From contig NC_043020.1 of NCBI RefSeq assembly GCF_006345805.1, positions 18,042,001 through 18,106,000 of the forward strand: a stretch of DNA of 64,000 nt, in the 5' to 3' direction. The notes beneath the pieces are model-generated. The model searched no databases. It worked only from the letters and a program-made list of their open reading frames with translations, and had not been told where the DNA came from. The stretch is from Octopus sinensis. Lineage: Eukaryota. Of the stretch, positions 38,273 to 49,174 are shown in pieces; the stretch's first letter is position 1, and every line of letters begins with the position of its first letter. The translations under genes and the position numbers were made by a program.

Positions 38273-39037
38273 GTGACATAAATGAAATGGTTCGCAAACG
38301 GGAATCAAAAGCGAACCATTTCTACAAAATATGCAATGATTACAATACAAAGTGTTAGAAGTATCCGACTGTCTGCCAGGTATTGTCTAAACTGTACTTT
38401 ATATTGCTTGAGGTATGCATCTGTATGTATGGAGTAAAAATGTTATGTGTGTATGATGTATGTATGAGTAATAATTAATGCTTCATATGGGTGTGTAAGG
38501 GTCTCCTCTTTTTTTAAAAAAATTATTTGAAATTGAACTAAACCTATTATCATAAACTGTTTGTGATGCCTGAGGGTAGCAATATTATAAGTTGTGATGC
38601 CTGAGGGTGGTGTGTTATGGGTTGGACAATAAAGTGTGAATATCTCCAAGGGATCTGGAGGGATTGTCTAATATCCAATCAGCTTCTAGAATCAGCTGGC
38701 AGACTTTCTTTCAATGAGCAATGTCAGTTAAGCCCCAAAAGAGAGTATACACATTTGGTTTGTTGGTGCCAAGTGTAGGGACCAATTTAAAAGAAAATAG
38801 CTGGCATGGACTATAGAAGGGTGTTTCTGCTCTTTTCTTGGTCAGAGAATTTTGGAAAGAAAAGGAGTTTTAAAAAAAAAAAGTTTTAAATAAAATAAAA
38901 TAAACTGCTTTCACATCCCAATCAAAATTTTTCTCCACCAGTCACCCGAATGCTGATTGATCAGAAATGGCAGAAAAAAAATGATAAAAAGTTTTAAAAG
39001 AAGATCAAGATGATATCAAAACAATAGTTTGTAATAC

Positions 39038-42000
39038 CTGGGTGTTTCTGTGATGTCTTCAGGTTTGCCACAGAAAGGTTCAGTGACCTTAGGTATACTG
39101 AGACCATATTTTGTTGCTGTATGACAGATTAAGTCTTTGCTAGGTGGACGATCGCGTGGTGTTAATACCAGAGACTCTTTGCCAGCGACTGGCTGAGGAC
39201 TGGCATTTTTAAAGTGATCGTCCTGTCTCTCAGAGCCTATACTTTCATTGCTACCCACATTAACTTTTTGAGATTCCTTTGTAGCTGCTTGATTAGTCTG
39301 GTTGGGTTCACTAGTGTCAGCCGACTCCTTCTCTTTTGATGAATTACCAGAAGATTTGCTTGATTGTAAAACACCTGTTTTATGGCTTACGGACAAATCC
39401 AATGTTGTTATGTCGGAGTTAAAGACATCATCTTCAGCTGCTAATGCTTTCTTACCCTGTTCTACTTCTTCGCCAGATCTACTGATTTCTCCTTGCTTAG
39501 AAGTGGTGATACACTGCCCACCATTCACCTCTCTTTGCGAACTAACATCATTGAGTGGACCTTCTTCACAAATGGTATTTTGAGATCCAATATGCAAATG
39601 AGACTCAGTTGTGTTCTTAATTGATTCTGAAGCTGCTTTAGAAACCCCATTTTCCTGATCTGCAGTTTCTGATATTTTCTTCACAGTTTCCTTTCGTTGT
39701 GCAGATTCTACCATTTCACTGTTACACGTAACACCTGTCTGCTTTGCAGTAGCTTCTTCCGTTTCTTTGTTCAATTCACAGATCAATTGTGTAGTCTGCA
39801 AAACTTGATGTTCAGTTGATTTCTCTGTCTCCTCTAAATTCTCACCTGACTCAATTCCAGGACTAGCTGGTAGCTTATTCGCAATATTTTTAAACTCAAC
39901 TTCTGACGACTCAGTTGAGTCTTTGTGACAAACCTCTGATACTGTTTCTCTCTCTTCAATCAAAGTATTTTGTGTTTCTTCGTTGTCTATTTTATCCATG
40001 AGATATCCTACATCCATATCAGCTGCATCACAATTAGAATAACTATTTAATCTGTCACTACTGGTTTCTGCTGGGCAATTAAATGAATAATTGCCCATCT
40101 GGTAGGGACGAGGGGAAGTATTAGTTTGTTCTTCAGCTCGACTAATTTCGTCTTCAGTGCAATTTGATGACTGATTGCTCCCTACAAGCCTACTATTAGC
40201 TTGAGAAGTTTCTATACGAAACTGTACATTAGGGAAACCTTCAAGTTCACTCGATTCTTTTTGTTGGTTGGAATTAACGAGGGAGAAATTTCGAGTAGCG
40301 GGGTTAAGAGAAAAAGTAGCTTCCAAATCATTATACTCAGGTTTGCAATCAACTTTAGATTTACTACCAGATCTTGCACGTGGAATGAGCTTCACAACAG
40401 CCGTCTTTACAGCATAGGGTGATTTATCGGTAGGAGCGTCATTTTTCCAAGACAACAATGTTGGAATGGGCGGAGACTTGTTTTCTGCAGCTTCATCTTG
40501 CTTCACAACTGGTACTATTATATCACTGGTTGGCTCTGTTTCAGATCCACCCAACGATGTAAGACTAGGGGATTTGGCTGATTCACAGGAGCGCTGTGTC
40601 TCTACACTAGACAAAGGGGTCTCGTAGATCGAATCTAAGGAAGTTTGAGACAGGAAGTTAGGCTGAGACAAAACGCCATCGGTCGAGTCAAGCGAGACGT
40701 CGTCAGGATTCCCGTCAACTACTGGCAGAGGTGCATTTTCTTCAGGGGATAGTGGCTGGGGCGGAGAGGTATCACCTTTTTCAGAAACAGGAGGAGAAAA
40801 TAATGCTAACTTTGACATAACATCATTGTAGGTTTTCTTAAAATCATCAGAAGAATCTGTGTATGTGGAGAGCGTTGATAATTTAGCCAATGTTGCTTGA
40901 TGCAACAAAGACAAACTGTTCATCAGTTTTCCATGGTTTATTGCAACTGCACGTTTTCTGCGATGCCTCGTAGTCAAGAAAGCAACACCTAGACGTTGGT
41001 TAGGAGTGAGGTTTCTTTTACGTTTGTTCTTGCCTCGGGACTTTATTTCGAATTCTTCTTCGTAGCTTATGGTTGCATCTTCCCCTGAACTAGAATCTGT
41101 ATTTATCATTTGGGAGTAGCCATCGTCGTCAAGTGACATAAGCAAACCAGTATCATTGGGCTCATCAAGAGTTCCTGCAATAGCCACTCCCAAATATTCA
41201 TCTTGAAAATAGTCACTAGCTGGTCGGTCATAGAACATGCTACCAGAATGCTGAGTGAACAGGGAAAGACGTCCATTATCATCACTTATTGGACTTGAAT
41301 AACTCATTAGAGGTACTCCACCACGATACTTATTTTTATCAGCTAGTTTAATTCTTTCCCATCCAATATTCTCAATACGGCCAGGTATTTTGTTACCAAC
41401 ACAACTACGATGTGGAATGCCATCACGTGTAGCAAGAAATTCACTGGCCTTCACCGTTTTACTTGGCAGCTTTAACTTCTCCAACTTCACCACTAGAGAC
41501 CTCTGGTGTGCTCTTTTGTTGACAACAAGACAACAAACATTTCCGGAAGAGGCTTTATGATCAAAGTTATCGTGGCTGTCATCGTCGTCGTCGTCATCGT
41601 CACCATCGTCATCGTCATCTGCGTCAACATCATCATCATCATAGCCCTCTAAGTGAGGATCATAGATATCTGTGAAATCCATTGTGGAAAAGTTCATGGT
41701 GCGTTTTGAACCATCTTGGCTTCCATTATCAGAACCCAGTTTTCGCTTGCGCACCTGCTGGGAATCTTGGCTGTTTGAAGAGGATTGAATAGAAGAGTTA
41801 ACGGTGAAACTTTGTCCAGTTGGTGTATTACTGGGTTGCCACAGGGATGAACCAGATGTTGGTGGGGGGTCATGAGGTGAACCAATGTTAGTTGGAAAAG
41901 GAGACTGATTATCTTTACAGGAACTCAATGGACTAGGTGAAGAATTGTTGGAGGAATTTGGCCCGACTTCAGGTTCTGTTATGTTATCGATTTTGGGGTG

Positions 42001-45000
42001 AGCGTCAAAAGTAGTATCAGCAGTTTGTTGAGGGAGACTCATAGTAAGATTAGTGGGTTGCTCAGGGCATTGACCTGGACACAGTTTAACTGGAGGAGTG
42101 ATATTTGTTGCATGTGAGGTAGGGAGCTGGCTATTTTGTGTATTAAAATTATTATTGTTACTACTACGGTACTTGTTGTCAGTGATGATGCGAGGTCTTG
42201 CTCCTGGGAGGGGTGGCACAACATTGTGTTTGGGAAAAGGGCGAGTTGAACGCCTAACATGCGTGGTTTTCACAGGCGGTAACGTGTTTTCAGTTGCATT
42301 GGAAGACTGGATATTGGCTATAGGCGGCGAATGCAGAGTTTCTATTAACACAGGAGTCTTGCTATGACTTGTTATTTCTGATGCAGAGGATGGGAGTAAA
42401 TACTGGTTATGAGGATTGGTGCTGGGTAAATTCTTGTTGTAAGGTAACTGAGAAACAAGGGAGCAGTCTGTGTATAACGAAGAGTCGGACAGCAAATCAC
42501 AAGAGCCCTTTCTCCTGTTAGTCACACGTACTTTCTTTCGCCGACGTTTTTCTTTTGCTTTAGTCAATTTAATCTTGACATTAGACCTTGCACGGTTTCG
42601 AGGATTCTGGGATAACATTCGTTCATATTCTAATTGAAATCCCGATGGAGCATTTTTACCCATTCCTTTAGCACTCATAGGAAGCAATTTCCTATCCACT
42701 GTAACATACTTAATACCAGGTTCATAAGAAGAAACTGGTTTTGGCTCATTCAACAAACCTGGCAATAAACCAATTTTAGTCGATATACTTGGCTGATCAG
42801 ATGGAACCATATAACCAAAACGTGAACACGCTCCAGGATAATAACCTGTCTCTTTAATTTCCTTCTGAATTCTTTTGATATCTCGTTCCTCCAGCTTTGG
42901 AATCTTTACCAGCTCTCGACCAATTTTAAGCAAACTATAGCGGCGAGCGTCCATTGGGTGCATGCGAACAATGCAAACAGCATTCTCTTCAGGAATCATT
43001 GATTTTTGGAGAAGTTTAAGCCGTTTGTAGATCGGGGTTGGCACATGGAAAGTGTAAGTATACTGCGATAGTTGGGAATCCACAGGCATAGCTGACATAG
43101 ATTTAGCCATAGTAAAAGAAGACCTTTTCCTTCCACGCTTGCTCTTTTCAGGTGGTGTTCCAGGAGGCAGAACAGGCTGTAGTTTTGGAGTTTGTGAAAT
43201 AGTTCCTGGTTCCACCTTGGGATTCTGAACATAGCCTTGGTAAGTTTGGTAAGTATCCATATACCTCCAATAAGTGGTGTTCCTATAATTTTGACCTGGA
43301 GGTCCAGGGTGCTGATTCCAAGATCTACCTTGTTGATAATATGATTTACCATATGACCAGTTATCCGTTTCACCTCGTTTCTTTTTTAAAGCCATACGAC
43401 CCTGTTTAGGCATCATGACATCCTGTGTGGTATAATTCGGTTCAGATATGTTGTATGAGTGGGACCTGTCATGCCCCTGTGAAACATGATGGCCCTGAGG
43501 AAGATTGTGAGTTTGCATCATGTTATGACCAGAAGATATGCTATGACCGGACATATTGTGACCATGGGCACTGGGAGGAGAAGTAGCTGGACTGTGACCT
43601 GGTGGCGGAAGTTGAGGTGCAGCGGCTAAGTTGTGAGAGGGATGAACAGAGTGACCCTGAGATATGTTGTGGACTTGTGGGTGCATTGCATGGCCATGCC
43701 CATGAGGAGTGACACTTCGGCCCATAGTATGACCTCCATGAAGGCTCGTTGACATACTTGGTGTCAAAGCACGCACTTGAGTCACGTGCTGGCTTTGAGA
43801 CATGTTCACAGGAGCGACATTCGGCCTTGATGGCATATTGTGGTTAGTAGGGATGCTATGTGGGGGCATATTCGTAGGAGTGAGAGAAGGACCAGGTGAC
43901 ATTGCTGGCATATTGTGTCCAGAAGATGACAGGTTACGGTTTTGTATATTATGTCCAGGTGTCATGTTAGGAGCGGAGTGCATGTTTGATCCAGTGGGCA
44001 TACCTGAACCTAATGTCATGTTTGAAACAGGAGGCATATTTGATCTCGTCATATTCTGTCCAGACGTCAACGTTTGATTGGGGGGCATGTTTGGGCCAGA
44101 TGATATGCTTGGAGCAGAAGGCATATTTGAACCAGTTGACATACTTGTACCAGATGGCATACTGGTGTTGGCCGGCAAATTCCCACCTGGGGGCATAGTT
44201 GGACCAGCAGATATGTTGTGCAGAGGGGTAACATTGTGAGATGGTTGAGTACCAGCACATTGCCATGCTCTGTTCGGAAAAGCTGCATAGTCATAACCAA
44301 TATCATAGCCTCCGACACTAGACACCATCTGTTCCAGGCTGGCTATCGCCGAGTGACTGCGGTTACCGGTTTGGTTACCGGGGAACGACATAGTCAGCGA
44401 CTGGTAACTGGGTGCCTCTTCTTCGCTTGTGACAGAACTACAACGTTGTGGGTGTGACGTATTCTTGTTTGAATATCCTGAAGAAATGAAGGAGCCTTGA
44501 TTTGATTGGTCAACAACACTCTGGTGTCGGCTACCTTCAGCAGAGGTGAAAGAATCAGAGGAAAGATCAGCACAAGAATTAAGAGAAGGGGTTCCAAATA
44601 AATCTTCATGGCTTATGTTAATTGAGGACATATGTTTCTTTTGTGAGTTACTACCATCTAATGGAGTCAGTGAAGCATTTCCAGTTTCCGATGGGGGATG
44701 ATTTGAAGAATCAACACTTGAACGACCTTCGGCTGTTTCATCTAACTTTTCTATGCTTGACATCTTTTCAAAAGTCTCCATAGTAGTATCTTCTGAAGAA
44801 ACAGGTTTTGGAAGACTCTTAAAAGGGTCAGGTGTAGTACTGGCACCCATACTTATTGATTCACTAGAATGTGTGGAGCATCGGCTGATACTTCGCTGCA
44901 ATGACTGATGGGTTGAAAGATCGGCTGGAATGGTTTGCTTTGGGCTGTCGTTACAAGTTAATAATTTGTGGAAACTACCCTGGCTTTCCTCAGGAGGAGG

Positions 45001-45710
45001 CAACGAAGGGGTCTGATTATACATAGAACTACCTGATCCTTGTATTCCAACATTTCCAGAGAGTGGAACAGGAGATCGGCTTGATTCGAATCCATCACGA
45101 GAATAACCGGGGGACGGGGATAAATGGCCAGCGAAGGGGCTGTTGTGTGGATCTGAAGTGTGCCCACTGTCAGATGTTCGTGAGCGTGAATAGGAGTCCG
45201 GACTATATATGTTCGTCATGTCATAAGGAAATGAAGCAGGATATTGATCAGTGCTGGATTCACTTAATGTAGCAGCTTGTGAGGGATGATTTTGGGGTTG
45301 CTGATTGGCATATGGACGGGAGAAGCCTTCTGTCATGTAGCTGCCATTGTTACCATGCACATTACCGGCCCCAGCGTAACTGGAAGGATCAGCACGTGCT
45401 GAGTGTAAAGAGCGTGACCATGCAGGGTTCCAGTGAGATGATTGCTGATCGACGTTAGGAACACCGCTAGACATATCCTCACGAAATGCATGAGTATCCC
45501 ATCGGCGATCATAATCCTGATAATTTGTTGGACTTTGGTAGGCCTGCATATTGGAACCGGAGCCAAGGAATCCAGGGTCATTTTGGAAAATAGGGCCATA
45601 ATTTGAAAAACTTGAAGCCTGTCCCTCGGAACTTACAGGGGAGGGATTGTTGGCAGAGCTGATTACAGGGCCACGAGGACCCATTCGTTTGCGAATCTTT
45701 GGTTGTTCAT
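39038..45710 (-). CDS. REV3L: REV3L-like giant exon, 6,673 nt (about 2,224 codons), phase 1 to 2; if the donor is read through the frame ends ...PRYYKLLF* at 39016
   Basis: Acceptor atctttacag|AT GAA at 45710; uninterrupted ORF (track 39016..45771); donor CCC AG|gtatta at 39037. The end, VLTPRDRPPSKDLICHTATKYGLSIPKVTEPFCGKPEDITETPR, aligns with human ILKPLMSPPSREEIMATLLDHDLSETIYQEPFCSNPSDVPEKPR. REV3L is known to carry a very large central exon. Confidence 0.93.
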
Positions 45711-46861
45711 CTGTAAAGATAAGAGATATTTTATATATAAAGATGTATACATGTGCATAATTAAAGAACAAAATACCAGCAATGGATATACTTGTAGTTT
45801 AAAACCCTTTTGAAAGCAGGGCATCTCAAAGCTAGTTGGATTTACTTATTCATATTTAAATCAAAATTACAATGGAAATCATGTTGCAAAGTTAGTGATA
45901 ATCACTCGTACTCTGAGCCAACAAAGGAGCCTTTATGTAAGAAACAGTAACCAAATAGGGAAGGAAAAGTAACTCAATCTCCCTGGCTGTGTGGTATGAA
46001 ACTTGCTTTCCAACCACATGGTTCTGGGTTCAGTCCCACTATGTGACATCTTGGGAACATGTCTTCTACTATAGTCTTGGGCTGATCAAAGCATTGAGAG
46101 TGAATTTGGCAGATAGAAACTGAAAGAAGCTCGTTGTATATATATCTATGCATGTGTGTCTTTGTTTGTTCCCTGCCACACTGCTTGACAACTAGCACTG
46201 GTGGTATTTATGCCTCCATAACTTAGTGGTTCAGTAAGAGAGATTGATAGAATAAGTACCAGGCTTTAAAAAATAAGTACTGGGGTTGGTATATTTGACT
46301 AAAAATTCTTCAAGGTAGTGCCCCAGCATGGCCAGTCTAATGACTGAAACCAGTAAAAGCATCTAAACCAGCCATATCTGGCCTCTCACTTTTAACCTAC
46401 AATGTCATTCTAAAAAAAAAAAACAATGACATCTTTGAAGCAATGAGATAATGCATGATTACTTCAAAATAATGGGAATAAATAAGCATTAGATTTGACA
46501 GATCAGTCTGAATGCTAAGGGGTTAAGTCACACTTCTCCATCTTACAAAAAGACACATTAGATAATGTAGTTTTAGGTTCACAATGAATAGTAATAAGAC
46601 AGAAATGGTCACTGCTGGAATGCCTTTAGTCAAAGCTCCATCGGGTTGACCTGGTGCTAAACATCAACAACCATTCAGCATCATTATAGCACAAGTTCTG
46701 TGATCTTAAAATTTTTTTTGCAATTGAATTCAAATCTTTTACTTTCCTTTATCTAAAACGTTCTCATTTCAGCCATTAGACTGTGGCCATGCTACGTTAC
46801 AGGGGCGTAAACACACTAACTCTAACTGGTTGTTAAGCCTATGTGTGGCGGGTGGGGGGGT

Positions 46862-46896
<35 letters not shown>

Positions 46897-47206
46897 GAGG
46901 GGCAATAAGACACACACGACAGGCTTCTTTCAGTTTCTGTCTACCGAATTCACACACAAGATTTTGGTTGCCCCAGGGCTATAGTAGAAGACACATGCCC
47001 CAAGTTCCTCAAAGTAGGACTGAACCAAAGACGATATGATTGACAAGCAAACTTCTCAACCACAGAGCTATGCCTGCACCTTGCACCCAATTCCTAAAAT
47101 ACATTTAAAAAGTCACAGTTGTTAAACCAGTCTGCATTCATATTGGTTTTAGAATTTAATCAAAACAGAATTACAATAATGAAAAGGTTAAAATCTAATT
47201 AATTAC

Positions 47207-47337
47207 CAGCAGGTTTTTCATCAATTGGCCCATCAAACTGAGGGATAGTTTCTTCATCAGATTCAACATCCAAAATTTCATCACTAACCATTTCTTCATC
47301 CAATGATTGAGAAAAATCATCTGATTTGATGTAATTG
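47207..47337 (-). CDS. REV3L: REV3L-like exon, 131 nt, phase 2 to 1
   Basis: tatctttgcag|C...GCT G|gtaat; ...EETIPQFDGPIDE resembles human SIPQLDGTADE. Confidence 0.92.
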
Positions 47338-48972
47338 CTGCAAAGATAAAACAAATCGATAATGTGCAGAAAATAATTTTTCAGTGCATTAGGAGATTGC
47401 ATCGTATACCGGTTTCAGTCATTTGACTGTGGCCATGCTGGGGCACTGCTTTGAAGGGTTTTAGTTGAACGAATTGACCTCAGGAGCTTTTTTTTTTTAA
47501 AGTCTAGTACTTATTCTATTAGCCTCGTTTGCTGAAGCACTAATTTACAGGGATGTAAACAGACCAACACCAGTTGTCAAGCGGTAGTGGGGACAAACAA
47601 ACACACACACACACATATATACAATGGGCTTCTTTCAGTTTCGGTCTCCCAAATCCATTCACAAAACCTTGGTTGACCTGAGGTTACAGTAGAAAACATG
47701 TCCAAGGTGACATGTAGTGAGACTGAACCTGGTACCATGTGGTCGAGAAGCAAGTTTATCATACAGCCATGCCAGCATTGTCATGAAGTTTATGAAATAT
47801 TCTGACATTAAGTCCATAAGTCTAAATCAGTTCTTAGCTTGACTGGTCTATCTCAGTCATGTGAAGGGGGAAGTCGTAGACACTATGACTCCCTATTTGC
47901 TTTTCCATACCCAAAGTAAAAAAAACATTTGATAGAATAATCTGAATGCTAAAGAGTTAAGGCAGGGTAATAGATAAAATAGAATATTTCTGTGAGACAG
48001 CAGACACGGTGCCTAAATTTCTACTCTGTTCATAAGTGGTCATCTTTGTATTTCCCCATTGTTTTTTAATTTCTAAAATTTAATTCCCCTGTACCCTGTT
48101 CTCTAGATGACCACGATTGAATAAGTTGCATTGAGGCAGACTTTTTTGGAACAGACATTTTCTGAGACCTCAACACAATAGATGATACACCTGTCAAGTT
48201 AGTTCAAGGATCATTAGTTTCTTGGTCTGTTCTTAATATACCTTGTATTGGGACTTTTAGGGGATGCCAGACATTTGGGGACAGCTGCCGAAGCTCACTC
48301 TTACATTTTGCTTTTGTTGAACAATTGGTAGAAATTATAGTTATTTGTGAAGTAATATAAACAATACTTTGCATCATAAACCATGAGACTGGAAACAGTT
48401 TTTAACAGTTATTAATTAAATTAAAGATTTTGTCTGTCTTTATATTCAGAGTTCAAATTTGCCTTTCACCCTTTCAAGGTTGATAAAACAAATACCAGTT
48501 GAGCTCTGAGGTTGATGTAAATGACTTAACCACACCCCACCCCCAAACTTACTGGCCTTGTACCAAAATTTCAAACCAACACACCCAACATAATAACTAA
48601 AAAGCAAATCTAATAAATGTATCCTTTTTAAAAGGCTTTATTTTATTTTTTTTTTGCTAATGTTAGTTGCTGGATGGCTCTACAGCAAATCATCAATCTT
48701 AATTAATATCTAGCCAAACATAAGTCGTTTACCTCATACATCACATATATCACCCATTCATCTCAGCATAGTTGTCACGCCTATACACGCCTTTCGTTGG
48801 TAGCAGCATCTTAAATACACATACTTTATATAATCTAGGTTTTAATATCAGAGGTGACCTTGCCCTAAAATATATTCCATAATTTGTTTGATCTACCAGC
48901 AAACGCCTCCCCCATTTCAAACAAAACAAAGCAGCATGAACAAAAAAAAGATTCCTTTGCATCACAACTTAC

Positions 48973-49174
48973 TGCCTTTCTGCATCAGACTCCAAAGGAA
49001 AATCTTCGTCCTTAAAAACTTGGGACATTGTTACACTTTCACGTTCATCTTCTTCTGGATCTTCTAAAGGCTGACTTGAAAGGATGCTGTCACTGTCATT
49101 TACAGTTCTCTCTTGAGATGGCTTTTCTCCTTGACTAGCCAACATAGATGCTAGTAATTTTGTCAAATCAGTAC
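48973..49174 (-). CDS. REV3L: REV3L-like exon, 202 nt, phase 1 to 2
   Basis: ccatttttag|GT...AGG CA|gtaagt; TDLTKLLASML...EEDERESVTMSQVF resembles human LVHLLAGL...EEMELSLVMSQRW. Confidence 0.88.

Noticed and set aside
38281-38325. SECIS element (ATGA, helix, AAA loop)
   Set aside because: The 3' side reads UUCU where the GA quartet is required, and no in-frame UGA is supported.
807-38649. Most 60-126 aa ORFs in the track (also those between 46 and 63 kb)
   Set aside because: They translate SINE bodies and (TA)/(TG)/(ATT) microsatellites (YIYI, THTH, poly-I); the same peptides recur at many SINE copies.
39302-45599. Short antisense and alternate-frame ORFs over the giant exon
   Set aside because: Expected by-products of a long, GC-richer coding exon; no independent support.
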